Assembly: GCA_045159875.1 (NCBI GenBank)
Contig: CP067995.1
Coordinates: 384,001-448,000, forward strand
Reading direction: 5' to 3'
Source: a cyanobacterium endosymbiont of Rhopalodia gibba
GTDB lineage: Bacteria; Cyanobacteriota; Cyanobacteriia; Cyanobacteriales; Microcystaceae
Length of the DNA: 64,000 bases
The notes under the pieces were generated by a model. It had not been told where the DNA came from, ran no database searches, and saw nothing but the letters and a program-made list of their open reading frames with translations. Numbering within the stretch: the first letter of the stretch is position 1; each line of letters begins with the position of its first letter. Shown here piece by piece: positions 44,923 to 56,418 of the stretch. A program made the position numbers and the translations under genes.

Positions 44923-45969
44923 ATGACTGATTTTAACCTAACTTGTCCGATACCCTTAGATCAATATCCTCAAGTCTTACTTGCTCATGGAGGAGGAGGG
45001 AAATTGATGCGGCAGTTGCTCGAAAAAATGATTTTTCCTGTCTTTAATCCTACTCAAAATACTCCTCCACATGATTCTGCTGTTTTGGATTTAAACGCTA
45101 ATAAAATTGCTTTTACTACCGACTCCTACGTTATTCATCCTCTCTTTTTTCCCGGGGGAGATATTGGTAGTTTAGCTATTAACGGAACTGTCAATGATTT
45201 AGCTATGAGTGGGGCGCGTCCTCTTTATATTAGCGTGGGGTTTATCTTAGAAGAAGGACTGCCGATGGAAATCCTTTGGAATGTTGTTCAGTCCCTACAA
45301 AATTCTGCTCAAATTGCTCAAGTTAAAATCATCACTGGAGATACTAAAGTAGTTGATCGAGGGAAAGGAGACGGGGTATTTATAAATACTGCAGGAATCG
45401 GTATAATCGAACATGATCAAACAATTGCAGCTCAAAGTGTTCAACCAGGAGATGCTATCCTAATCAGTGGAGATTTAGGCCGCCATGGTATCGCGATTAT
45501 GGCAGTACGAGAGGGGCTGGAATTTGAAACGACCATTGAAAGTGACTGCGCTCCTCTAAATTCTGTTATTTTAGCTATGTTAGAGGCCAAGGCAAACATT
45601 CATTGCCTACGAGATCTCACCCGTGGCGGTCTAGCCAGTGCCCTAAATGAAATTGCAATGGGTGCAGGGGTTATTCTTAACATTCAAGAAAACGCTATTC
45701 CGGTACGTGAAGATGTCCAGGGGGCGTGTGAAATATTAGGATTTGATCCTCTCTATGTGGCTAATGAAGGTCGATTTGTAGCGTTTATTCCTCAAGACTC
45801 TGTAGACACTGCTATGGAAATTATGAGATCACATCAGCAATATCCCTGCATTATTGGGCAAGTTACAGGAAGAGGATCAGGCATGGGGTTAGTCACCTTA
45901 GAAAGTAAAATTGGGTCCAGTCGTATTGTTGATATGTTAAGCGGAGAGCAATTGCCCAGAATTTGTTAA
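44923..45969 (+). CDS. hypE: Hydrogenase maturation protein HypE
   Basis: [37 protein letters not shown]-terminal LPRIC. Confidence 0.96.
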   Translation: MTDFNLTCPIPLDQYPQVLLAHGGGGKLMRQLLEKMIFPVFNPTQNTPPHDSAVLDLNANKIAFTTDSYVIHPLFFPGGDIGSLAINGTVNDLAMSGARPLYISVGFILEEGLPMEILWNVVQSLQNSAQIAQVKIITGDTKVVDRGKGDGVFINTAGIGIIEHDQTIAAQSVQPGDAILISGDLGRHGIAIMAVREGLEFETTIESDCAPLNSVILAMLEAKANIHCLRDLTRGGLASALNEIAMGAGVILNIQENAIPVREDVQGACEILGFDPLYVANEGRFVAFIPQDSVDTAMEIMRSHQQYPCIIGQVTGRGSGMGLVTLESKIGSSRIVDMLSGEQLPRIC

Positions 45970-46051
45970 GATTTCGAGTATGCGAGCAGGGGCGTTCTCG
46001 AAGAGTGTCAAAGTCTACGATTATCCGCCCCACCTCAAACCCTTTGATACA

Positions 46052-46465
46052 CTAACGAACAACCTGACATAAGACAGGAGATTTTTTCGTTTCTTCGGTT
46101 GCTATTTCTACGGCCATTGCTGCTAATGGAGGGACAGACTTGCTAGAGGAACTGCGTTTTGGTCTCAGGTTTCTACGAGAACTCTTCGGCGATGGGCTGT
46201 CCATGGTGAAGTTATAGGCTTTCCAGTTGCTTCCAGGACTCCATTGAGAGTCCTCTGTCACGACTAAAACTGCTCCAGAAATCAGTGAATCACAAGCTGT
46301 TGCTTGAATACAAAAGTGAGTCCAGGGAGAGCGCAAAAGAAAAACAGGAACTTGCTTCCCATTAGCACTACCATTGGTATAACCAATCAAAAAACGACCT
46401 TCTTCAATGAACGGTCCGAGTTGCGGATATTGTTCGAGGAGACGGAGGATTGCTTGGGAAGCCAT
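46052..46465 (-). CDS. Hypothetical protein
   Basis: 137-aa ORF with genic GC content, convergent with hypE. Confidence 0.65.
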   Translation of the reverse strand: MASQAILRLLEQYPQLGPFIEEGRFLIGYTNGSANGKQVPVFLLRSPWTHFCIQATACDSLISGAVLVVTEDSQWSPGSNWKAYNFTMDSPSPKSSRRNLRPKRSSSSKSVPPLAAMAVEIATEETKKSPVLCQVVR

Positions 46466-46693
46466 AGATTAATATCAATAATTTAACTCAGAAGAGCGAT
46501 CACAACGATGCTTACACTACTTCTTGACCATAAGAATAGAAAAATTTGTCTACCAAGATTAGTATCAAATGTGACGGAATCACCATTTTGTCTTTAAATG
46601 TTATGTAAACTTGACAAATTTATTCCCTATTTAAGATTCAATAAACGTAGTTGATTACTTTTTGTTACAAAAAACTTAAATTGCTAATGTTTT

Positions 46694-47395
46694 TTAACTG
46701 GCTGGCACTTTCTTAACTGGACTCACTTTTGCCTTATACAGCAAATTTTTCCCATGACGATAGCCAATATAACGAATGATGACAGTTTCTCCAGGTTCAA
46801 CATAACCACTTCCTTCTAATAATTGATGACACAGAGGATCATAAGGTACTTTTTCTCCTGCTACTGCAATTGTTTCAACATTCCATTGTTTAAGTAACTC
46901 GATAATTGGTTTAACTAGAGGCAATAGTTTCACAGCAGAGAGTTGAGGATTTTTTTGAGCAATCATTGCTGCTGTTGGCCATTGTAAAAGCCAAGATTCT
47001 AGAGCTTCTAAACTAGATTTTTGAAAGTCTTCTTCTAGAGTTTTTCTTTGTTCATTCAATTGCTGTTGTAGTTGTTGATATTCTTGCCTAACTTTCTCTA
47101 AATTTGATAAATTAAGAGCTTTACTTTCAAGTTGAGAAGGGATTAAGGACTTCAACAAAGATTGATCTCTACAAAATTCACTCAGTAGTTGTTCGATGGG
47201 AACTTTTAACACTTTAGATAATCTTAATAGATTTTCAATAGACATTTTAGGCAGTAAACCCACTAAAAGGCGATTTAATTCCCATTGGGAAACATCGGAA
47301 ATTTTGGCCAACTGACTAAAGTTAGATATTTGCGCTTGCTGCATTAACTGCAACAACTTTCGATGATTGGCTTGATAAGTTGTTGATTGTTTCAT
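46694..47395 (-). CDS. XRE-type HTH / coiled-coil / GrpE-like C-terminal domain protein
   Basis: N-terminal HTH (SQLAKISDVSQWELNRL), Q-rich coil, GEKVPYDPLCHQ...GYRHG.NLLYKAKV GrpE-like beta head. Confidence 0.75.
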   Translation of the reverse strand: MKQSTTYQANHRKLLQLMQQAQISNFSQLAKISDVSQWELNRLLVGLLPKMSIENLLRLSKVLKVPIEQLLSEFCRDQSLLKSLIPSQLESKALNLSNLEKVRQEYQQLQQQLNEQRKTLEEDFQKSSLEALESWLLQWPTAAMIAQKNPQLSAVKLLPLVKPIIELLKQWNVETIAVAGEKVPYDPLCHQLLEGSGYVEPGETVIIRYIGYRHGKNLLYKAKVSPVKKVPAS

Positions 47396-47731
47396 AAAAG
47401 ATTAGGATTTTTTAATAAATAACGTTTCTTTTTTAACTACGCTAAGTATTGTTTCACCGCATCAACTAATTCCTTGAATAACGACCATTTTGAGTTTACC
47501 CTAACTTTGTCTGTGTGTCTTCTCTCTAGTTTATAGGTCTTGACTCGTGACATTTTGGGACAAACTGTATTATTTAGTCATAAAATTAATGTTATTAAGT
47601 TTCAACAGTAATGAAAATTGCGTGCTTTTTTGCCGAAATTAGTTGTTTACCTCAACTATTCTACAAAGTATCTCTATTTTGATCAGAGAAATGCTAAAAA
47701 CTCAGATTTTTAGGTTCTATTGTGAGTTTAG

Positions 47732-47760
47732 GAAGCCCGCGCTGTACGCTTATGTGACTC
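47732..47760 (+). mobile_element. Possible truncated IS200/IS605 right-end remnant
   Basis: GAAGCCCGCGCTGTACGCTT resembles the start of the subterminal hairpin that follows cyanobacterial tnpB genes; second arm missing. Confidence 0.35.
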
Positions 47761-47789
47761 ATTGAGAAGAATATGAGGGTTAACTGCTA

Positions 47790-48839
47790 TCATTCAGTCA
47801 TTATTTTCAAACGGACTATTTTTTCCCCCGTACTATCTAGTTGCACTTCAATAACTTCACTGTTTAAAGATTCCAGGCAAGTTAACATTGCTCGTAAATT
47901 AGGATTACCTGCTCCCGTATCTACATATAGCCTATCAGCCAGACTCCCTACCCGCTTCCAAGTAGTATAAAGTTTCGCTACGGCTTGTTCAAGTTGGGTG
48001 GCTTGTTTAACCAAATCAGCAGTCGTAGTCAAACAATCTAATCTTAACGCCTCTTCTAACGCCATTTCAAGGTCAATTGAGCGATTTTTAAAAGTTTGTA
48101 CTTTTGCTGCCGCATCGAGATATTTTGCCAAATTTCGTGCTTCTGAAGTGAGAAGTTTAACAGTATCAACATCGGGACTTTCGGCAACTTCTTTTTGAAT
48201 TACGTTGAGGTGGCTATCGGGCAACTTTTCCATCTCTTTAACTAGAGGAACTAAATTACGGGCTGGTATAATTCCCTCAGAAGCTTTCTCTTTAACTTTA
48301 TCTGGAAGTAATTCCGAACTCATAGCTGTCCATTGATCAGAAAGTTGTTTAACTTCTCGTCGGGTGATGTGATCACCATTTTGGGCAGCTTCACTAACTA
48401 ATTTTTGCACTTCAGGATCGGATTTAGCTGTTTCGATAAATGCCCGTTTACTAAAATTATTGATGGAATTTGGATTCAGCTGTCCTTCTGCCAACAGGGT
48501 ATCTGCACTATTAGCAAGTTGAATGAGAGCATAAGCTTGACTTTTAGTGATTTCTCTTTGTTTAAGCCAATTGAGAAATCCCGTCCCTCGTCCGTCTCCA
48601 CTTTTTTTTTCACGATCACGGATAGCCCGTAAAATACGCCCTCGCCAAATGTCGGTTTGTAAGTCAAAGCGCTCACAAACAGTCCAGACGGCATCTAGCT
48701 GTTGCTGAAAGTCCATCTCCGCAATAGCTTCGTCTTCAGGATTAGGGAGCTGGAAGTTAAATTCTATAGGGTTTTTGAGGGCATCAATAATTTCATCAGG
48801 AGAAGGAGGAACAGCGGTCATATCGATTTTAGGTGTCAC
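47790..48839 (-). CDS. Conserved cyanobacterial hypothetical protein (putative DNA-binding, coiled-coil)
   Basis: RFDLQTDIWRGRILRA.RDREKK..GRGTGFLNWL..REITKSQAY.LI.LA; GTG start. Confidence 0.8.
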   Translation of the reverse strand: MTPKIDMTAVPPSPDEIIDALKNPIEFNFQLPNPEDEAIAEMDFQQQLDAVWTVCERFDLQTDIWRGRILRAIRDREKKSGDGRGTGFLNWLKQREITKSQAYALIQLANSADTLLAEGQLNPNSINNFSKRAFIETAKSDPEVQKLVSEAAQNGDHITRREVKQLSDQWTAMSSELLPDKVKEKASEGIIPARNLVPLVKEMEKLPDSHLNVIQKEVAESPDVDTVKLLTSEARNLAKYLDAAAKVQTFKNRSIDLEMALEEALRLDCLTTTADLVKQATQLEQAVAKLYTTWKRVGSLADRLYVDTGAGNPNLRAMLTCLESLNSEVIEVQLDSTGEKIVRLKIMTE

Positions 48840-51368
48840 TGATTCAGTTGTTTGTGAGTGAAATCATGATAACTGGGTTTTAGAGTCCTCTATCATATCA
48901 TCTGAATTGAGAGTTATCGGCATTTTGTTAAATTGTTGACCAATTGTAATGTAAGCTTCGACAAGAATCAGAAACATAGTTGTTATTTTTAATATCTAAA
49001 GTTGACAATTATCTAGGATGGTAACTACCAATAATTAAAACTAAAATTATTTATCAAAACAAAAAAATCGAAAATATATTATCTTTTAACTATTTCTCTT
49101 TACCTAAGTTTTTTTTAAAAAAAATATAATTTTGTAGCTTAAAAAAAAGGTTAATAAAACAGTGTGAAAAACTTTAATTTATTGGATATTTAATCTTAGA
49201 GATACTTCTACGCTAGTCGTTAACTGTTTCAAGAAAAAAACACTTACTGGGTCAAATATTATTAATTAGTTTAACTGAATTTTGTTTTTAAGTGAAAAAA
49301 AATTGCGAATAACTAACAAGTTTACGGTTATCTCCGTCGCCTTTAATTAACTCAAGGATTAATAAATTTTCTCAGTAATATATAATGATATCTGGTCTAA
49401 ATTACTAATATTATTTTAGACGACTTTTGTTCCATATAACTAAGTATTTAAAAACTCAGTATACCTTACTCTAAAATAGATGGCAGACTTACATAAAAAT
49501 AGAATCAATAAGACTGATTTCTGTAAATTTTCTGTTGTGAGTTTTCTAAAAACAGCACAATAACATCATTGTCTAGCTCACCAATCACGCAAGACGATAA
49601 TAGCTAGCTATATTAGAAAATATTTTTTCCATCATAAAAAAATATATTTCAAATAAAATTCTTTAAAGATTCATATTCTGAGCTATAAAAAGTAACCTTA
49701 ATAATTATACCTTTATCAATTTTTTTGAAAAATTACTAGTAATAGAGAAACATAACATAGAAGTTATGTATTAACAAATTACACTAAATATAATATGTAT
49801 TGAATCTAAAATAATGGCTAAATATATTGTATTAATAATTAATATGCTAAATTTAACTGCTATAATATTGAGCTTAAATTAATCTGACAAGATAATCATC
49901 TAGCTAATTAATAATTCCTATTAATTAGCTCTTTTACCTTCACTATATTTAACTTAATAAAAGATTAAAAGGTATTATAAGATATTCAAGTTTTTTTATA
50001 GTTTTTAACTATAAGTTAACTGATTAAACATAACTATTTTAATGCTAAAAAATAACGTTTAATAACTAAGTGAGTTATTTTTCATTCGATAAATGGACTT
50101 TCATTAGCTTTGTTTGAGTTGTTACTATTCTAGTAGAATAACATGTAAGATTAAACAATATTTTATTAAATATTTTTTAAATTTAATTTTTACATTTTTT
50201 TTTGATTATTATCTCATTTATCTTTGTCTATAAGTTTTTAACTCATTGGTATTTTTTGGAATTTATACTTGTAAATTTTTATGTATTTCTATTATCAAAC
50301 CTAATCCTTAGTTATATTATAAATAATAAAAAATATAGAATCAACAATTACAGCTTAAATATTAAGATTAGGCAATTAAATGTCAAGTAACAAAAAATTT
50401 ATATTAACAATGAGAAAAATAAACTTTAATAAGATAATTATGATTTAATTACTATTTTTTTTACTAATAGCATTTAAAAATTAAAAACTACTTTCTATTT
50501 ATTTCTAATAAATAATATGAGAAACCTATCAAATTTATATTTTTTTATGAATGATAAGCAATGAAAACTAACATTTTTTAGTATTTATTTATGATTGTGC
50601 TCCAGATATAGAAAGTCTTTAATATGAAAGAATAAAGAAATAATTAATTATTGTAATTGTTTAAAACAAGCAGATATTAAACCATTAGAAATAACAGCTG
50701 AGAAATTTTTAAATCATCATAAACAAGTTTTAGTTATTACTCAAAACCAAACCATACAAATTAAACTAATCAATTCAATCAAAGTTAAATAAACTGCCAC
50801 ATATAATATTACGAATATGTATTAAAAAGAATTAAAGATAACTTTAGTTAACTAGTATCTCAAAATAAAACTATGTAGAATTCTATAGATAGTATTTTTA
50901 TACTATCTATAGATTTTTTTTTCACTATACATGCTCATCTCATTTTATCTTCCTCTTATCTCCGATCTCCGGTTTTTCCTTGTACCAAGTCTCTTAGTAA
51001 ACTACTTTGAGAAAGTATAGATAAAACTTGCTATTTTAATAGTAAAAAAGCTTTTTTTTAGAAAATTATTTAACGAATAAAGTACGTCAGGTAAATTATT
51101 GTTACTATTCGTTAATTTTATAGTAAACAAAAGTAGAAAATTGCACTTTACAAAATTTATATAATCTTGAAAATTATATCTTTACCAAAAATTTATGATA
51201 ACAGTTTTGGAAGTTATTAGCTACTAATTTATTAGCTCCAATCCAGAAGAGCTGTTATTTCCATAACACATAAAAATTTAAAAAAGCTAGGTGCATTTTA
51301 GTAGTAAAATACCAAACTAAATGTATTAAGATTAACTCAGAGAAAGTTTCTTGAAAAATAAAATTCTT

Positions 51369-53567
51369 TTATTTTTCAAGAAACTTTCTCTGAGTTTTCT
51401 GAGCTAACAATTTGGCGATCTCAGGATTATAAATTCGAAGATAATTCCAGTAATTGCCAAATACAGATTCTACATAACTTTTTGTTTCTTGGAAGGGTAT
51501 TTTTTCTACAAATACATCAGGATCACTAACCTGATATCTTCTTCTCCATTTTGAAACATTGCCAGGACCTGCATTGTAACTAGCAATAGCTAATAACGAA
51601 TTATTACTATAGGTCTCATGAGTGTAGTTTAAATACCAGGTTCCTAAATTAACATTGTCGTTAGGATTGCTCAAGAAATAGTTTTTTAAAGCTATTTTAT
51701 TAGCTACCCATTCACCTGTTGTTGGCATCACTTGCATTAATCCTTTTGCTCCCACTGGCGAGGTAATTTCTGGTTCAAAACGGGATTCTTGACGGATTAA
51801 AGAGGTGATTAACAAAGGATTGATTTTACGTTGTTGAGACCAATCAATAATAGTTTGATAGAAAGGAAAAGGAAAAAGTGCGTGCCAATATTCGGGGGTT
51901 TCTCTAAGTTTTTGCAATTGTTTTTTTGATTCAGGTCCGTCTTTATTTTGAAGACTCCAAATTTGATTAATTCCTTGTAGGTTTTTTCCTTGTACGAGTT
52001 TCAGTAAAGCATCAGTAAAAGATTCATTAACACTTAATTCAGAGCGATCATTCATTTCCGCTTTAAATAACGTGATAGCATCCTCATCTTGTCCTAGACG
52101 ATATAGTTCTTTGAAAATGTCCGATCCCGCCGGAGGAACCGAACGGATATCAGGTTTAGCGACGGTGGGTAAAGTGTGACGTATGGTATTAAAATTTCCC
52201 ACATTCCAGCCTAACTGAACTGCTGATCGCCAAGCATAGTAAGATTGAGGATGATGGGAAATAGCATGTTCAAAAGCCGTTTTAGCATCCTGTGATCGCC
52301 CTAACTGTTGCGCCCATTTACCTACCCAAAAGGCCGCTTTGGGAGCGAGGGAACTGTTAGGATTATTAGTTGTGATAGGTTGCGCCCAAGTCCAGGCTTT
52401 GAGGACATCTCCTCGCTCAGCAGCTGTTTTCGCCACACTCCAACGATATTTAGCGGTTGCGTCGGACTTGGGATGTTTAACTAGTAAGGTTTCTCGACTT
52501 TTAGCTGCCTCAGCTTTGCGCCCTATCTCATCTAATAACTTAGCCTTTTCTATTAAAGCATCGCCCGCTTCATCAGGAAATTGTTTAATAATTTGGTCAA
52601 AGTAGCCAATTGCAGTTTCAGATTGAGATAGTCTGGCGAGTCGTTTCAGGGCTGTTGCTGTTTCCGGTGCTTTAGGAAACTCTAATAATAAGCGTTGATA
52701 GCCTGCCTTTACCTCATTTTTACTATCATTGTTGGGTTGAATCTGTTGTCCCCTAGCAATGCGATAGAGATTTTCAGGAGTGGCCGGGGCTTTTTTGTAA
52801 GCTTGGGCGGCTTTATTATAGTCGTTAGTTGTCCAATAGCCATCAGCGATCACTTGCCAGTTTTGGGGAGTTAATTGACTAGCATAGTATTGAACTAGAC
52901 GATCACGGATAGGGTTAGTCTTAGGGGTGTTGGCATCATACTTAGCCAATAGAATCAACAATTGAAGTTGTTCTGGGTTTTCTTGAAAACGCTGACGGAT
53001 AATCTTTTGAGTACTAGGATGTTGAGGAAATTTTTCAATTGCCTGCTCCCAATATTGGGGATCATATTTTCCTAATTTGTAGAGTGCTTCTGCGGCAACT
53101 AAAATATCAGGATAGGTTTCAACCAGTATTTTCCAGGTTTTTTGAGCTTTATCTATTTCATTAGTGAGTTCATACCCTCGTCCCCGTTTGAGGAGGATAT
53201 AAGGAATTAGTACAGGATATTCTTTGTCTAATCCTTCAAGTTTACGTAAAGCTGGGCCACCTTCATACTTTCGAAGTAAATCAATCGCCAATAAATAACG
53301 ACCGCGACTGCGTTCCAAAGAGAGAGTATCAGACTCAGCAATTTTTTGCAGTTTTTGCTGTCTTTGTTCTGAGGAAATCTCAGCTAAAGTCAGAACAATA
53401 GAGGGTTTATTAGGATCTTCTTTGAGAGCTTCTTCAATCTGTGTTTGTTGCCTGTGCTCGAACCATTCTACTATTTTAGGAACCAGGAAAATGCTTCCAA
53501 CAATTGTGATTCCTAGAATTCCTAAACCAGCAAAAAGGAAGTTTTTTTGTTTTAGTGACTTAAGCAT
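51369..53567 (-). CDS. slt: Soluble lytic murein transglycosylase with TPR repeats
   Basis: N-terminal TM helix, TPRs, IRQESRF, GAKGLMQVMP, ASYNAGPG, ETKSYV. Confidence 0.92.
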   Translation of the reverse strand: MLKSLKQKNFLFAGLGILGITIVGSIFLVPKIVEWFEHRQQTQIEEALKEDPNKPSIVLTLAEISSEQRQQKLQKIAESDTLSLERSRGRYLLAIDLLRKYEGGPALRKLEGLDKEYPVLIPYILLKRGRGYELTNEIDKAQKTWKILVETYPDILVAAEALYKLGKYDPQYWEQAIEKFPQHPSTQKIIRQRFQENPEQLQLLILLAKYDANTPKTNPIRDRLVQYYASQLTPQNWQVIADGYWTTNDYNKAAQAYKKAPATPENLYRIARGQQIQPNNDSKNEVKAGYQRLLLEFPKAPETATALKRLARLSQSETAIGYFDQIIKQFPDEAGDALIEKAKLLDEIGRKAEAAKSRETLLVKHPKSDATAKYRWSVAKTAAERGDVLKAWTWAQPITTNNPNSSLAPKAAFWVGKWAQQLGRSQDAKTAFEHAISHHPQSYYAWRSAVQLGWNVGNFNTIRHTLPTVAKPDIRSVPPAGSDIFKELYRLGQDEDAITLFKAEMNDRSELSVNESFTDALLKLVQGKNLQGINQIWSLQNKDGPESKKQLQKLRETPEYWHALFPFPFYQTIIDWSQQRKINPLLITSLIRQESRFEPEITSPVGAKGLMQVMPTTGEWVANKIALKNYFLSNPNDNVNLGTWYLNYTHETYSNNSLLAIASYNAGPGNVSKWRRRYQVSDPDVFVEKIPFQETKSYVESVFGNYWNYLRIYNPEIAKLLAQKTQRKFLEK

Positions 53568-53701
53568 TCCATTCCCCGAACAACAGTTAAATATATATTA
53601 TTAACCCTTCTTGGTTTATTTGGGGACGTTTGCATAGAGATTATCCATCTATTTTTGCTGTGCATTTCTCAATGAGATCACCGAGTCTTGTTTATTTAAA
53701 G

Positions 53702-53747
53702 ACCCACCATTCCCAGTAACTGCTAGCAGTTACTGGGAATGGTGGGT
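53702..53747. repeat. Perfect 46-bp palindrome
   Basis: ACCCACCATTCCCAGTAACTGCT|AGCAGTTACTGGGAATGGTGGGT. Confidence 0.95.
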
Positions 53748-54750
53748 GGAGAACTATTTGAAGACTAACCCTTACAGTTTGCTCATACTTAAATTTGATC
53801 CAGACTTTATCTTAGGATATTTATGATTAATTCTAGGGTAATGAAGTGAGTTAAGTGGGAGTAGCGTTTGAATTTTTACAATTACTCTTGGAGATGCTCT
53901 AATTGAGTCAGAAAAGGTAATAGTTGACCTGGTTGCGTAAATTCACCCTAACTTTTATGGGCTGTCTAAAAATATCAAGTGATCGTTAAAAATATAGAAA
54001 ACTGATAGAACAGAGGAATTTTTGAGAATAAAAGACAGTCATAAAAATTACTATTAAAGAGATAAACAGCTAAGATTAATTTAAACTCTACTTTATACAT
54101 ATTTAGCATTGAATCACCAAATTTCAACATTAATACTGTAACCACTGATCTAAAGAGTTTATCTCCACTTCATTTGATAGTTTTTAAATAAAATATTTCT
54201 TATATCTTAATGTATTCTGTTTTTTTTAAAAAAATTTAAATCATTCTAGTGTATAGTGATTGCTTTATCTATTCCGACAGATAATATTTAATATTATTCG
54301 TTAATACATAACTCTTATCGTGGATGAAATTTAAGTAGAAATACAGCAAGGATTTAGAACTTAGAAAACATGAGTTCTAAAAAACTTAAAAATATAGTTT
54401 TCATTCTCAGTATATAAGTCAATAAATCACGAAGTCAACGACATAAAATAAACTTTTACCACTCGATTAAGATAAAAAAAACTGCTTCTAGTATGGAGTT
54501 GCTGTTTCCTTTTTTCTTATATTATTGTCAAACTCACGTTTTTTTAACGAAAATTTTAGTTTCGATTGTTGACGGTTACCATTTTAGACAATCATCAACC
54601 TCGTCAGATTTCAACTTTAATATTGAGAATAACAATATTATGCTTCAATTTCATCAAATTCACATCCCTAGTAGGGACACTTTTCTGTTTGGGCGTTTTC
54701 TTTTACCAAATTCTATACTTCAAATCCTAAAAACTTATATTTTTTTTGCT

Positions 54751-54773
54751 AAAAAAAGAGGGGATTTCCCCTC
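54751..54773 (-). terminator. Rho-independent terminator of rpsA
   Basis: Minus strand GAGGGG-aaat-CCCCTC followed by T7, about 30 nt after the stop. Confidence 0.85.
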
Positions 54774-54806
54774 GTTCACTAGTGTTGAGCCCAAATATAA
54801 TTTTAA

Positions 54807-55808
54807 TTACTGCTCACTTACAGTAGTGGCTAATTCCTCTTCTGATTCTAAAGCTGACGGAATATCTAAATCCTCCTCTTGAGCCTCAGGTTGTATTTTT
54901 CCCTCCGCTTCAGCTATGAGTTTTTGACGATATTTCTCAGCCATTTCTTCTGCTTTTTCAAAAACTAAATCCCGGTCTTTCAGCATATCACCAGGTTCGG
55001 GTTCAAGTTGTTTGGTCGATAAAGAAATTCGCCCCCTTTCTGCATCTAAGTCAATGATCATGACTTTGAGTGAATCATTGACCCCAAAGACGCTGTGGGG
55101 GGTATCGATATGATCATGGGAAATTTCAGAAATGTGCAGCAGCCCACTGACTCCCCCAATGTCGATAAATGCCCCATAAGGTTTGATTCCACGAACTGAG
55201 CCAACTACCACTTGACCCACTTCTAAACCGTTCATCTTACGCTCAACCAGTGCACGACGATGGCTTAATACCAGACGGTTGCGCTCTTCATCGACTTCTA
55301 AAAACTTTAATGGCAGGTCTTCACCAACCAAATCTTCCTTAGCTTCGCGGGTGCTGATGTGAGAGCCTGGGATAAATCCTCGTAACCCCTCAATGCGTAC
55401 TAACGCGCCCCCTCGGTTTGTAGCAAAAACATTAGAGCGCACGGTAGCATCTTCGGCTTGTAGTTGGCGAACCCTTTCCCAAGCTCGCATATACTCAATC
55501 CGACGGATAGAAAGAGTTAATTGTCCATCTTCGTTTTCATCAGTTAGGATGAAAAATTCCCGTGTTTCATTTGATTGAAGAACGTCTTCAGGATCGTCAA
55601 CTCGGTTGATCGACATTTCTTGAATGGGGATGTAAGCAGCAGTTTTCGCACCAATATCGATGAGCGCGCCTCTCGGTTCCATACTGAAAACTGTCCCAGG
55701 AACAATATCCCCGGGATTAAAATGGTAGTCGTATTTATCGAGAAGTGCTGCAAAATCCTCGTGGGTGAAGCCAATATCTTGAGTAGCTGTTGTTTTCTGA
55801 GTTACCAT
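54807..55808 (-). CDS. rpsA: 30S ribosomal protein S1 (cyanobacterial three-domain type)
   Basis: FTHEDFAALLDKYDYHF, three S1 domains, YGAFIDIGGVSGLLHISEIS. Confidence 0.97.
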   Translation of the reverse strand: MVTQKTTATQDIGFTHEDFAALLDKYDYHFNPGDIVPGTVFSMEPRGALIDIGAKTAAYIPIQEMSINRVDDPEDVLQSNETREFFILTDENEDGQLTLSIRRIEYMRAWERVRQLQAEDATVRSNVFATNRGGALVRIEGLRGFIPGSHISTREAKEDLVGEDLPLKFLEVDEERNRLVLSHRRALVERKMNGLEVGQVVVGSVRGIKPYGAFIDIGGVSGLLHISEISHDHIDTPHSVFGVNDSLKVMIIDLDAERGRISLSTKQLEPEPGDMLKDRDLVFEKAEEMAEKYRQKLIAEAEGKIQPEAQEEDLDIPSALESEEELATTVSEQ

Positions 55809-56202
55809 GTACCTTAGGTTATCCTATACCTGATCTCCAATAAGTGTTAGTTTTTGTTTTAGTGTACAGTTTCTAACTTTTAAAGACTTATAGTTGATAA
55901 AAACATCTTCAAATATGAGACGCTTTTGTTTTGTCGGTTTTACTCGAACAGGATGAACTATAACACCCCCAACCCCGAATATTTATTGAGCTATTGGGGA
56001 TTACTTTCATCATAATTTTTAAAGAGTAATGAAAGTCTACACTGACCAGATCATCACTATACCTTATAGATTGAGTGGAAAAAAATGGCTCTGACAGGAC
56101 ATCTTTTTGCCAATACAGCTCTCTTAGACTTATGCCTTGAGAACGATTAGACGATGAAGTCGGTCTAATCTATTAATATTTATAGAAATAGACCCCTGAT
56201 TC

Positions 56203-56404
56203 TGAAGTGCTCCAGAAGTTAGCACAGCCGAAGGCTCCGCAATGCGGACGCTGTGTCTGAAGCTTCTCAGGCTCACCTCGTAATGGTTTGATATAACTCA
56301 CCATTTATCGAAGTGATGTCATGCTCGACGTACTATTTTTTAGCTAGTCGCCCTGGCATAAACACCTCCCATGAGCGTAAGTTTCCGCACTCCTTACGGT
56401 ACAT
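56203..56404 (-). ncRNA. Putative structured RNA resembling a TnpB omega/reRNA scaffold, standalone
   Basis: 5' ACCGTA-aggag-TGCGG hairpin plus AAACTTACGCTCATGGGAG; two internal long stems; 3' GAAGCTTCAGA...TCTGGAGCACTTCA; GC-rich within AT-rich surroundings. Confidence 0.6.
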
Positions 56405-56409
56405 CTTCA

Positions 56410-56418
56410 ATCTTAGCA
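56410..56418 (-). promoter_or_regulatory. Extended -10 promoter for the structured RNA / rpsA leader
   Basis: TG-c-TAAGAT, 6-8 nt upstream of the first hairpin. Confidence 0.55.

Noticed and set aside
46562..46575. NtcA- or CRP-like site upstream of the 137-aa gene
   Set aside because: Imperfect box (GTC-N8-TAC, 23-nt spacer) and wrong CRP half-site spacing
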